A stretch of DNA of 64,000 nucleotides from assembly GCA_036012755.1 (NCBI GenBank), contig DASCPX010000016.1, positions 64,001 to 128,000 of the forward strand, read 5' to 3'. Made by a program: the position numbers and the translations under genes. Below are positions 10,055 through 19,628 of the stretch, in pieces (position 1 is the stretch's first letter; each line of letters opens with the position of its first letter). The stretch is from Myxococcota bacterium (GTDB taxonomy: Bacteria; Myxococcota_A; UBA796; CAJQPC01). Under the pieces are notes generated by a model, which was given only the letters and a program-made list of their open reading frames with translations, was not told where the DNA came from and did no database searches.

Positions 10055-10701
10055 GGGCAGGCGCCCCCTGGCAGGAGCCCGGCCTCGCCTTGCTCGATCC
10101 ACCAGGTCCCCGGCTGGGAGTACTCCCCCGCGTAGGGATCGAAGGTCACGCCGTCGTGCTCCACCTGCAGGTGGAGGTGAGGCGTCGAGCTGTGACCGCT
10201 GGAGCCGACCAGCGCCAGCTCCTGGCCACAGCTCACCTCCTCGCCGACGACGACGAGCAAGCTGTCCTTCTTGAGGTGCCAGTAGCGGGTGCGATTGCCC
10301 CCTTCGTGCTCGAGGATCACGTGGTTCGCGACGCCGCTGTGGCCATCACAGTCCACCTCCCCGCCGAGGTCGCCGTGGCAGCGGTCGTAGTGGCCGTCCT
10401 CGACCGACACGACCACGCCGTCCGCCGCCGCGATCACCAGCGTCGAGCCCGCGTCCATCGTGTCGAAGCCGCCCTCGAGCAGGTAGTCCGAGCCCTCGTG
10501 CTCGTCGTAGCAGGCGGGGAAGTGGCGCCCGTCGTAGGCCGTGCAGATCAGCTGCTCGGCGCCCTCGTAGACCGCTGGATCGTGGTCCACGCCGACGGTC
10601 TCGCTGATCAGCTCCGGCTCGGCCAGGGGCAAGGCCAGCTGAAGCGCGGCCCGGGGCACGCCCGAGTCCAGCGGAGGCGTCGTGCAGGCCAACCAGAACA
10701 T
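10051..10701 (-). CDS. M23 family metallopeptidase, lipoprotein
   Basis: HEGSD (HxxxD), YWHL, GSSGHSSTPHLHLQV (HxH); MFWLAC start. Confidence 0.88.
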   Translation of the reverse strand: MFWLACTTPPLDSGVPRAALQLALPLAEPELISETVGVDHDPAVYEGAEQLICTAYDGRHFPACYDEHEGSDYLLEGGFDTMDAGSTLVIAAADGVVVSVEDGHYDRCHGDLGGEVDCDGHSGVANHVILEHEGGNRTRYWHLKKDSLLVVVGEEVSCGQELALVGSSGHSSTPHLHLQVEHDGVTFDPYAGEYSQPGTWWIEQGEAGLLPGGACP

Positions 10702-10708
10702 CGCCCCC

Positions 10709-11545
10709 ATGCTACGTGGAGGCGTGCTCTGGCTGCTCGGGTTCGTCTCCGTCTACCCGCCGCCGAAGGTCGATCCCGGCGCCGTCGAGCTGCCGCTGGT
10801 CGAGCACCCGGAGGATCGGCGCCGCCTCTACGTCGAGTGGGAGGGGCGCATCTGGTTCCTCGACACCGGCTACGCCTCGACGACCTGTGACACGGACTTC
10901 GTCGACGAGCTGGGGTTGCGACGCCGCAAGACCCTGTCCTGGTCCAAGGGCTCCGGAGGGCTCGTGCGCCTGGAGGCGACCCGGCTGCCGGCCTTCGAGC
11001 TCGGCGAGGCCCACATCGGCGAGCTGCGCTGCGCGGTCCGGGACCTCGGCTCGACCTCTTCGATCCCGGACGACGTCGCCGGCGTGCTCGGCATGAACCT
11101 GCTCGGTCGCTTCGTCTTGGAGGTCGACCTCGTAGACGAGGTCATCCGCCTCCACGACCCCTCCACCTGGACCGAGGAGGGCATGGAGCTGCGCAGGGAC
11201 TTCGGCTCCTGGCGGCTGAAGGCACCGGTCACGACCGCCGAGGACACGCGCTGGGCGCTCCTGGACACCGGCGCCACCGGCACCTGGCTCGAGGCAGCCA
11301 AGATGGACCTGGAGCTCCGGGGCTCGGACGTCATCCCGGTCACCGGCACCGGGGGGACCACGGTCATGGAGGTCCGCTACTACCGGGCAGAGGGGCTGGG
11401 CATCGGCGGACTGCCCGCCGAGGGGCTCGTCGTCGTCCGCGAGCGAGACCGCGGCAAGGAGCTCGTCGGCATGGACATGCTCTCCAGCTACGAGGGCTTC
11501 TGGATCGACGTCCGCGAGGCCGAGCTGGGTCTCAGTCCTCGCTGA
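10709..11545 (+). CDS. Retropepsin-like aspartic protease, two domains (start 10709 or 10724)
   Basis: FLDTGY and LLDTGA motifs, GVLGMNLL, LVGMDML. Confidence 0.85.
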   Translation: MLRGGVLWLLGFVSVYPPPKVDPGAVELPLVEHPEDRRRLYVEWEGRIWFLDTGYASTTCDTDFVDELGLRRRKTLSWSKGSGGLVRLEATRLPAFELGEAHIGELRCAVRDLGSTSSIPDDVAGVLGMNLLGRFVLEVDLVDEVIRLHDPSTWTEEGMELRRDFGSWRLKAPVTTAEDTRWALLDTGATGTWLEAAKMDLELRGSDVIPVTGTGGTTVMEVRYYRAEGLGIGGLPAEGLVVVRERDRGKELVGMDMLSSYEGFWIDVREAELGLSPR

Positions 11546-11927
11546 GGAGGAGCTCGATGGTCTGCTGGTCGGCGTCCGGGAACTCGTAGTCCCTGAAGTC
11601 CTCTGGCTTCACCCAGACCACCTGCTGGACGTGCTTGGCGAAGGGCTCCAGGCCCGCCAGCTCTGCGTGGTAGACGCGCAGGTCCAGGTTGTAGCGCTCG
11701 TACTCGTGGGTCACCTGGAGCGACAGCCCACCGATCCGCACGCTGGCGCCGATCTTCTCCATCAGCTCTCGCTGGAGGGCCTCTTCGTCCGACTCGCCGG
11801 GCTCGACCTTGCCCCCGGGGAACTCCCAGAGCCCGCCGAGCACCGCCTCTTCGCGGCGCTGGGTCAACAGGTACAGGCCTCCCCGTTCGATCTGGCAGGC
11901 CACGACGCGGACACAGGGCTTGGACAC
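11532..11927 (-). CDS. MutT/NudG-like Nudix hydrolase
   Basis: WEFPGGKVEPGESDEEALQRELMEKIG Nudix box. Confidence 0.9.
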   Translation of the reverse strand: MSKPCVRVVACQIERGGLYLLTQRREEAVLGGLWEFPGGKVEPGESDEEALQRELMEKIGASVRIGGLSLQVTHEYERYNLDLRVYHAELAGLEPFAKHVQQVVWVKPEDFRDYEFPDADQQTIELLLSED

Positions 11928-11970
11928 GGCGCCGGGGTATAGCACAGGCCGGTTCTGTTGAGGATGACCA

Positions 11971-14334
11971 ATGCTGCTCCTGCTGCTCAGCTGTACGATG
12001 ATGACCCTCATGACCCAGGGGCGCAGCCTCCCCGAGCTGGACGGCCGTCTCGAGGCTCCTGGGCTCGCCGGAGACGCCCGGATCATCCGTGACGAGCGCG
12101 GCATCCCCCACATACGCGCGAACAGCGAGGCGGACGCTGCCTTCGCCGTCGGCTACGCCCACGCCCAGGACCGCCTCTTCCAGATGGACCTCGCCCGCCG
12201 CCTGGCCTACGGAGAGATGTCCGAGCTCCTCGGCGCCGACATGGTGGAGCTGGACATCTTCATGAGGAGCCTCGGCCTCAGGGAGCACGCCACCGGATCA
12301 CTCAAGTCGCTGGACCCGGACGCCCGCTTCGTGCTCGCGGCCTACGCCGCCGGTGTCAACGCCGGACGTGACGCGGCGAAGGTCCCCCCCATCGAGCATC
12401 GCCTCCTCAAGGAGCGCAGGGTGGCCGAGTGGACGCCGATCGACTCGATGGCGATCGCCTACCTCAACTCCTGGTGGCTCTCCCGGAACCCGGAAGAGGA
12501 ACTCTTCGCCTGGCTCCACCGCAAGGAGCTCTCTCGAGAAGACCTCGACGCGCTCTTCCGCTTGCAGCCCGAGACCCCGAAGGCCGACCCATACTGGGAG
12601 GGCCTGCGAAAGGTCCGGGCAGGGGACTTCACGGAGCCCTTCGACACCTTCCTCGAGATGATGACCGGCTACGGCGTGCCCGCCGCGTCGAACAACTGGG
12701 CCGTCTCCGGCGAGCGCAGCGCGGACGGCATGCCCATCCTCGCCAACGACCCGCACCTGTCGCGCTCGGTGCCCGCGACCTGGTACATCCTCGACGCAAA
12801 GGGTGGCGCCTGGCACGCTGCGGGCGGCACGGTGCCGGGCCTGCCCTGGGTGGTCGTCGGTCACAACGAGACCATGGCCTGGGGCGCCACGAACACGATG
12901 GCCGACTACGTCGACTTCGTCGTCCTCGAGCGCGAGGGCCAGATGGAGTACTACCTGGCGGGAGAGAAGAAGCGGCTCCACGAAGAGACCGTCGAGATCG
13001 TCGTGAAGGACGAGGAGCTCCCTCGCACGGCCACCGTCTACCTCACAGATGTCGGCCCGGTCGTCACCGAGCTCGCCGGCACGCACATCCTGGCGATGCG
13101 CTGGAGCGCGCTGCAGAGCGTCGACCTCTCTCCCCAGTTCATCCGCAGCCTCAACCTCGCCCCGAGCGTCGCCGCAGCCCGCGAGATCGACCACACGGCC
13201 TCGTCGACCTCGTTGAACCTGGTCCTCGCGGACGACCAGGGCGACATCGGCTGGCAGGTCACCGGGCTCGTGCCCAAGCGCATGGCCCACACCGGGCGCC
13301 TGCCATACCCGGGCAGCTCCGAGCACCACGGCTGGGAGGGCTTCTGGGATGAGCTCCCGGGCGAGCTCAACCCGGAGCGAGGCTACGTCGCCACCGCCAA
13401 CGACTACCCCTCGGAGTACCTCCCGCTGGAGTCCGAGGAGACCGACGCGACAGAGGACGACGAGGGGGACCCGCGGCAGCTCGCCACACCCGACGAGGTG
13501 AGCAGCAGCTACATCCTGCCCTGGCGGATCGACCGCATCCGCGAGCTGCTCGAGGCCACCGAAAAGCACACGGTCCAGACCTTCCAGTCCCTGCAGATGG
13601 ACAAGCGCGACAACCACGCCGCCGCCCTGGTCCCGGAGCTCCTCGGCGACATCGACACCAAGACGGAGGGCGGGGCCTGGGTCCAGGAGCAGCTGTTGGC
13701 CTGGGACTTCGTGGCGATGCCGCGGGGCTCGGAGGAGCTGCTGTGGGCCGAGTTCAACAAGCAGCTCGTGCGCTACGCCCTGGAGGACACCCTGTCTCCA
13801 GAGGGCATCGAGGACTACATGTGGGCCGCCACGGTCGGGGGCTCCGTGATCGAGGTCGAGGGAGGCCTGGCCCACTTCGTCGAGGACACGGACATGGCCC
13901 GCCGCGCGGCGCTGTTGGAGACCCACAAGGCGCTCACCGCGAGGCTCGGCGAGAGCACCTCGAACTGGCGCTGGGAGAACGTGCACCCGCTGCACTTCGA
14001 TCACCCCTTCCAGGCCTCTGGCGCGCCCTCGACCTTCAGCGCCGGCACCGTGGACGACCACGGCTCCTCTCCCGCGGCGGTCAACCCGGGGGGCTACTCC
14101 TGGTCCAAGGAGAGCTACGAGACGACCTGGATCGCCAGCATGCGCCTGGTCGTGCCGCTCTCCGACGTCGGGCAGGCGATGGTCGTCCTCCCTCCAGGCC
14201 AGTCCGGACAGCCCGGCAGCGACCACTACCAGGACCAGCTGCGCTTCTGGAAGAAGGGGGAGCTGTTGCCCCTGTGGTTCCATGACGCCGACGTCGAGCG
14301 TGAAGCCGCACACACCCTGGAGCTGACGCCATGA
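11971..14334 (+). CDS. Penicillin acylase family Ntn-hydrolase
   Basis: RDERGIPHI, GYAHAQDRLFQMD, catalytic SNNWAVSG, LANDPHL, PPGQSG..S.HY.DQ. Confidence 0.93.
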   Translation: MLLLLLSCTMMTLMTQGRSLPELDGRLEAPGLAGDARIIRDERGIPHIRANSEADAAFAVGYAHAQDRLFQMDLARRLAYGEMSELLGADMVELDIFMRSLGLREHATGSLKSLDPDARFVLAAYAAGVNAGRDAAKVPPIEHRLLKERRVAEWTPIDSMAIAYLNSWWLSRNPEEELFAWLHRKELSREDLDALFRLQPETPKADPYWEGLRKVRAGDFTEPFDTFLEMMTGYGVPAASNNWAVSGERSADGMPILANDPHLSRSVPATWYILDAKGGAWHAAGGTVPGLPWVVVGHNETMAWGATNTMADYVDFVVLEREGQMEYYLAGEKKRLHEETVEIVVKDEELPRTATVYLTDVGPVVTELAGTHILAMRWSALQSVDLSPQFIRSLNLAPSVAAAREIDHTASSTSLNLVLADDQGDIGWQVTGLVPKRMAHTGRLPYPGSSEHHGWEGFWDELPGELNPERGYVATANDYPSEYLPLESEETDATEDDEGDPRQLATPDEVSSSYILPWRIDRIRELLEATEKHTVQTFQSLQMDKRDNHAAALVPELLGDIDTKTEGGAWVQEQLLAWDFVAMPRGSEELLWAEFNKQLVRYALEDTLSPEGIEDYMWAATVGGSVIEVEGGLAHFVEDTDMARRAALLETHKALTARLGESTSNWRWENVHPLHFDHPFQASGAPSTFSAGTVDDHGSSPAAVNPGGYSWSKESYETTWIASMRLVVPLSDVGQAMVVLPPGQSGQPGSDHYQDQLRFWKKGELLPLWFHDADVEREAAHTLELTP

Positions 14335-14705
14335 GCGAGGAGCTGAAGACCCGGCACGGCTGCCTGACCGCCTACCTGATCATCATGATGGTCATGAACT
14401 CGGCGATGTCCCTGGCCTACCTGGCGGCAGGGGACTTCTTCCTGGAGTTCATGCCCGGGGCCCCTGGCTGGTCGATGCCCGTGCTGGCGGTGATGGGAGG
14501 GATCAACCTCGCCTGCGCCATCGCCCTGTGGAGCTGGAAGAAGTGGGGCTTCTACGGCTTCTGCGGCTCGGCGGCGATCACCCTGGTCATCAACCTCTCC
14601 ATCGGCATCGACCCCGGCCAGTCCATCGCCGGGCTCGCCGGCGTCATCGTGCTGTACTTCGTGCTCCAGACCGGCGAGCCGAAGGCCTGGACGCTCCTCG
14701 AGTAG
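14331..14705 (+). CDS. Small four-TM membrane protein
   Basis: RHGCLT start, hydrophobic helices, WKKWGFY motif; ATGA overlap with upstream gene. Confidence 0.75.
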   Translation: MSEELKTRHGCLTAYLIIMMVMNSAMSLAYLAAGDFFLEFMPGAPGWSMPVLAVMGGINLACAIALWSWKKWGFYGFCGSAAITLVINLSIGIDPGQSIAGLAGVIVLYFVLQTGEPKAWTLLE

Positions 14706-15167
14706 TCAGGAAAACAGGCTCCGCTGGCGGGCCTCGAACTCCAGCAGCCAGCGCTTCACGGCCAGGCCCCCGGCGTAGCCCGTCAGCTGTCCCTTGCTGC
14801 CGATCACCCTGTGACATGGCACCACCAGCCAGATGGGGTTGTGGCCATTTGCCGAGCCCACCGCCCGCGCCACGCTGCCGAGCTCGGCGGCCAGGGCGCC
14901 GTAGGAGGAGGTGGTCCCGTAGGGGATCTCCAGCAGGCGATCCCACACCCGCCTCTGGAAGTCCGTCCCCGCCGGCGCCAGCTTCAGGTCGAAGACCCGT
15001 CGCTGTCGACCGAAGTACTGGCCGAGCTGCTGTCTGGCCTCCGGGTAGGCCTCAGCCTCGATCACCCAGGCGGGATCTGGCTCTCCGAGGGTCAACACCG
15101 CGATGGCGTCGCCATCACCCGCTACATACGCGGTCCCCACCGGGGTCTCCAGACGGCAAGCGATCAC
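14706..15167 (-). CDS. ogt: Methylated-DNA-protein-cysteine S-methyltransferase
   Basis: GTDFQRRVW, IPYG, ARAVG, VPCHRVIG, GYAGG. Confidence 0.95.
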   Translation of the reverse strand: MIACRLETPVGTAYVAGDGDAIAVLTLGEPDPAWVIEAEAYPEARQQLGQYFGRQRRVFDLKLAPAGTDFQRRVWDRLLEIPYGTTSSYGALAAELGSVARAVGSANGHNPIWLVVPCHRVIGSKGQLTGYAGGLAVKRWLLEFEARQRSLFS

Positions 15168-15703
15168 CTGAGCTCATCCAACATCTCGGCGACCCCGAGC
15201 TCCTCCGCCCAGACCTCGAGGTACTCCCAGTCGAGTTCGGAGGCTTCCAACACTCCAGCTATGTCCCGTTGCTGACGCTCAGAGGGACTGCGTCTGCTCC
15301 AGAGCAGCTTGGACAACACCGAGTCCTCCGCCGACTGGACCCACACCTCCAGCCCAGCTGTCCGCACCACGACGCGCCTCCGAAAAGCCGTCGCCGCGTA
15401 GCTGCTGGGTTTCTGGACGATCAGATCGACCTTCCACATCGTCTTCTGGTCGATGAGGTTGAACTGGCGCCGCTCGCGCAGGGCCCGCCGAGCGGTCTCG
15501 GCGTCGAAGTACCAGTCCTCCTCTCTCAGCTCACCGAGCAAGCGCTCCAGTGCGTCGGCGTCGGCCTCGATCACCAGATCGACGTCGAGCGTGGTTCGCG
15601 ACCGGCCGTGAACCGAGCTCGCGACCGACCCAACGACCATGTAGGCCAGCCTCGCCCGGTCGAGCTCCTCGACGACCCGACCGAGGGAGACGAAGACGCT
15701 CAC
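15164..15703 (-). CDS. Nucleotidyltransferase, putative MenT1-like toxin
   Basis: VVGSVA...RTTLDVD (G-S..DxD), KVDL, SAED..LSKL, RQQRD; GTGA overlap with upstream small gene. Confidence 0.8.
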   Translation of the reverse strand: MSVFVSLGRVVEELDRARLAYMVVGSVASSVHGRSRTTLDVDLVIEADADALERLLGELREEDWYFDAETARRALRERRQFNLIDQKTMWKVDLIVQKPSSYAATAFRRRVVVRTAGLEVWVQSAEDSVLSKLLWSRRSPSERQQRDIAGVLEASELDWEYLEVWAEELGVAEMLDELR

Positions 15704-15930
15704 GGCGCGACGCGACTGGCAAGCTCGTCGCCGAGCACCAGGCGAGCGAGCTCCTGCCGGATCTGCTCCTCCGTCCACTCGGGGTGTCGGTGGACGATGC
15801 CGTCCCGCGTGAGCTGCCGGGCGTCGTCACACATCTGCAGCGTCAGTCGAAGCCGCTCCGACGGACCCGCCCGACGCAGCAGTGCCACCTGGACGGCCCA
15901 GGCCTCTTCAGAGGTGTCGCGCGGTCTCAC
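15700..15930 (-). CDS. Small helical protein, putative MenA1-like antitoxin
   Basis: 76 aa, ERLRLTLQM...RHPEWTEEQI, translationally coupled to the NTase. Confidence 0.7.
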   Translation of the reverse strand: MRPRDTSEEAWAVQVALLRRAGPSERLRLTLQMCDDARQLTRDGIVHRHPEWTEEQIRQELARLVLGDELASRVAP

Positions 15931-15939
15931 GTCTTCAAC

Positions 15940-17283
15940 CTACTGCACCCAGACGGTCTTGACGTTCACGAACTCCCGAATGCCCTCGACCCCCAGCTCG
16001 CGGCCGTAGCCGCTCTTCTTCACGCCGCCAAAGGGGAAGCGAGGGTCGCTGCCCGGGATGCGGTTCAGGAAGACACCGCCGACCTCGAGGCGCCTGGCCA
16101 GGCCGAGCGCGGAGGGGACATCAGCGGTCCAGATGCTCGCTGTGAGGCCGTAGGCCGAGGCGTTGGACAAGGCGAGGGCCTGCTCGAGATCCGAGAACGC
16201 CGTGACGGCGGCGACGGGGCCGAAGGTCTCCTCGTCGAAGACCCGCATGCCCTCTCGCACATCGACGAGCACGGTGGGGGCGTAGACGAGCCGCTGTCGG
16301 CTTCCACCGCAGAGCAGGCGAGCGCCGGCGGCGACGCTGTCCTCGACCTGCGCCCCGAGGGTCTCGACGAGGTCCTCGCGGGCCAGGGGACCCAGGCGGC
16401 AGCTGGCTGAGCTCGGGTCCCCGACCTCCAGCGCCTCGAAGGCGGCCACCAGGCGCTGGCCGAAGTCCGAGGCGACGCGAGACTCGACGAGGAAGCGCTT
16501 CGCGGCGCAGCAGCTCTGGCCGTTGTTCTGGATGCGCGCGGCGACCGCGCCGGCGACCGCTGCGTCGAGGTCCGCGTCGGCGAACACGATGAAGGGGTCG
16601 CTGCCGCCGAGCTCCAGGACACACTTCTTCAGGGCCGCCCCGGCGACCGAGGCCACCGCCGAGCCCGCCCGCTCGCTGCCGGTGACGGTCACGGCCGCGA
16701 CCCGCGGATCCCGGATGAGCGCGGGGACCTCGTCCACATCCACGATGACGAGGGACATCGCGCCCTCTGGAAAGCCGGCCTCCAGAGCGAGCGATTCCAG
16801 GGCTTTGGCGCAGCCGAGGGTGTTCGGCGCGTGCTTGATGAGCATCGTGTTCCCGGCCATCCAGGCCGGAGCGCCGAAGCGCAGCACCTGCCAGTAGGGG
16901 AAGTTCCAGGGCATCACAGCCAGCACGACCCCCAGGGGATCGAAGCGGACGTGGGCCTCTGGCGCCCCCGTCGGAGCTGGGGCCAGCAGCTCTTCCGCCC
17001 GCTGAGCGTAGTAGCGGCAGACCGTCGCGCACTTGTTGACCTCGCCGATAGCCTCTGAGATCGGCTTCCCCATCTCTGCGGTGGCGAGCGCTCCAAGGGC
17101 CTCGGCCCGCTCCTCGAGCAGCTCGCCGAGGCGTAGCAGCGGCGCCCCGCGCGCCGCAATCGACCGGCCCTGGTTGGCTGTCTGCGACTTGGCACAGAGC
17201 TGCAACCGACGCTCTACTTCTCCCGCGCTGTGCGCGGCGTGCCGGGCTAGGACCTCTCCGGTCCAGGGGTTCACGCTGCGCAT
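15940..17283 (-). CDS. NAD(P)-dependent succinate-semialdehyde dehydrogenase (aldehyde dehydrogenase family)
   Basis: MPWNFP, TGSERAG, LELGGSDP, GQSC, EETFGP, PFGGVKKSGYGRE. Confidence 0.92.
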   Translation of the reverse strand: MRSVNPWTGEVLARHAAHSAGEVERRLQLCAKSQTANQGRSIAARGAPLLRLGELLEERAEALGALATAEMGKPISEAIGEVNKCATVCRYYAQRAEELLAPAPTGAPEAHVRFDPLGVVLAVMPWNFPYWQVLRFGAPAWMAGNTMLIKHAPNTLGCAKALESLALEAGFPEGAMSLVIVDVDEVPALIRDPRVAAVTVTGSERAGSAVASVAGAALKKCVLELGGSDPFIVFADADLDAAVAGAVAARIQNNGQSCCAAKRFLVESRVASDFGQRLVAAFEALEVGDPSSASCRLGPLAREDLVETLGAQVEDSVAAGARLLCGGSRQRLVYAPTVLVDVREGMRVFDEETFGPVAAVTAFSDLEQALALSNASAYGLTASIWTADVPSALGLARRLEVGGVFLNRIPGSDPRFPFGGVKKSGYGRELGVEGIREFVNVKTVWVQ

Positions 17284-17337
17284 GGGACACCCGCGTCGAT
17301 CTGCGCGTTATCGTTCAAGTAGATCAAGGAGAGCCTC

Positions 17338-17913
17338 ATGATCCGCTCCTTCCTCAAGAAGGGACTCGGCAGGATTCTGGGCGGCCGCTCGAGCGCCCCG
17401 CCGCAGCCCAAGCCCTACCCCTTCAAGTACGAGGGCGCCAAGAAGCCCGCCAAGAAGGCAGCCCCCCCGCCGGCGGAGGTGAAGCCGCCACAGCCAGAAC
17501 CGGTGGAGGCCGCGCCCGAGACGCCAGAGGAGATCGAACTCCTCTCCGTCGGAGAGCTGCGCAAGCGCCTCGCGGCCAAGGGCATCAAGCCCCGCTCGAA
17601 GGCCCGCAAGCCGGAGCTCCTCGACATGCTCGCCGCAGCCAGCGGCGGCGGAAACGGGGACGAGGACGCGGCGACGCCTCCAGGGCTGGACCGGGACGCG
17701 GTCCAGGAGCTCCTCGACGACATGGTTCGCCCGGCCCTGCAGGCCGACGGCGGCGACATCCTGCTCGTCGAGGTCGTCGGCACGGACGTCCACGTGCGCC
17801 TCGTCGGCGCCTGCACGACCTGCCCCTCCTCCGTCATGACCATGAAGATGGGCGTCGAGGCCCTCTTCAGAGAGGAGTTCCCGGGCTTCGGAGAGCTCGT
17901 CCAGGTGAACTGA
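17338..17913 (+). CDS. NfuA/NifU-C Fe-S carrier domain protein with extra N-terminal domains
   Basis: VRPALQADGGDI...GACTTCPSS..TMK; AAGGAG SD. Confidence 0.85.
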   Translation: MIRSFLKKGLGRILGGRSSAPPQPKPYPFKYEGAKKPAKKAAPPPAEVKPPQPEPVEAAPETPEEIELLSVGELRKRLAAKGIKPRSKARKPELLDMLAAASGGGNGDEDAATPPGLDRDAVQELLDDMVRPALQADGGDILLVEVVGTDVHVRLVGACTTCPSSVMTMKMGVEALFREEFPGFGELVQVN

Positions 17914-17998
17914 GCGTCGACCGGTCGCGGCAGCACCTTCCAACCTACCGTGACATCGGGTTCCGACGCGATCTGGCCAGAACGGACGTCCAGCCTGC

Positions 17999-19622
17999 TC
18001 AGCGCGCGCCGCCGTGGAACAGGAAAGCGGCCCCTTCCCCGTGCTGCTCGTCGTCGAGGGTGGTGTCTGTGAAGGGGGCGCCGATCAGCAGGTCGCCGAA
18101 GCCGTCGCCGTTGTTGTCCCCGATGCCGGCGACGGAGGCCCCGAAGGCGGAGCCCAGGTGCTGGCAGGCGTAGGTGTCCTCTTCGCAGTGCTCGAAGGCC
18201 GGGTGCGCCCCGGTGAGCCAGCCCTCCGCGTCGTCGGGGGTCAGCGTGCCGGAGAGCGGACCGAAGAACAGCCAGGCGATGCCTCGCTCGTCGTCGTAGG
18301 CGGGCTCGCCCGCGACGTCGAAGCTCGGACCGGTGGCCCATGAGGGGGTTGGCGCCCACTCCAGCTCGACCTTGGCCAGGGTGTCCTCGAGATCCTCCGA
18401 CTCGAGGCGGGCATCTATGACGCGTAGCTCGTCGGGTATGGCAACATCGTAGCTCACCAAGAGCATCGTGAGCTCGGGAAGGCCATCACTGTCGTAGTCG
18501 GAGTCGACTTGGACGGGTGGGTAGTTCCTGGAATCGTAGAAGAGGACGGCAAGGTCCTTGGGCCAAACCTCCTGACCGACAGCAGTCCTGTCAGCCTCTG
18601 ACGGCGCAATTGGGGCAAGTGGTCCCTTGAACAGGCGGGCCCCAGGCCCGTAGAGTTCCGCGTAGTCGGCGCTCGGGACGTATTGAGCAACACAGAGGAG
18701 ATCCAAGAACCCATCCGCGTCTACATCGGACAGAACGAAGTCCCCGCCAAACCTATCCTCTACGGAACCAAGCCATAAATCAGAGTGCGTCTCCTCTTCG
18801 AACTCGACATCTGCGGCGAAAGGCCCGTAGAACAGCGCAACATAGCCGTAATGGTCCCAGTCCCCTCCATAGCCTGCAACCATCAGGTCCCACTCCCCAT
18901 CGAGATCCACATCTCCGACCACCGCCCCCCCCCCCGAACTTCCCATCGCCGGATGTCTTCCCGATCGCCATGCCCGCTCCAAAGCCGTCTTCGGCAGAGT
19001 GGTTCCCCTCGAAGTGCGTGACGAGGTGGACTGCCCCTCGAGACCAACCCTGGTGACTGTCGGCGTTTCCGACGGCCAGCATCCCCTCCGCCCAGGACAG
19101 TGACAGGTAGCCGGGATGCTCGAAGGCGTATGCTGCATCAGCGAGTGCAGCCGTCCCCGCTAGGGGCCCGACGAACAGGTGATAGTCATCGTTCCGGTCG
19201 TCCCCGCGCACGATGAAGTCCTCCGCCCCGTCTCCATCCAGATCGGACACACCGTAGACCTCGATCCCGGTCCACGGGCTCAGCGCCGACTGACCCATCG
19301 TGTACGCGCCCCAGATCTCGGCCGCCGGCTCTCGCGAGACGATCCCCCCGAAGTACTGGCAGTCCGTGTCGGCCTCGCCGTTGCAATCGTTGTCGATGCC
19401 GTCGTCACACAGCTCCGGCAGGGTCGGGGCCCGATCCGGGTCCTCGTCGTCACAGTCTTCTGAATACGGACTCCCGTCTCCGTCCACGTCGACCAGGTCA
19501 GAGCCGTCACAGTCCTGGTCGACGCCGTCGTAGGGGACCTCCTCGGCCTCCGGGTTGATCGAGGCCTCGCCGTCGTCACAGTCCGTGGCGTCCGCGACGT
19601 GGCCCTCGGGGGCTTCGCACCC
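17999..19622 (-). pseudogene. MopE-like Cys/Asp repeat plus FG-GAP repeat surface protein, 5'-truncated and frameshifted at a G11 tract
   Basis: DCDD...YDGVDQDCDG, ELCDDGIDNDCNG in one frame; GDVDLDG, FGASVAGIGDNNGDGFGDLLIGAP in the other; frames join at C11 (18925-18935); no credible start. Confidence 0.75.
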
Positions 19623-19628
19623 GCCCCG

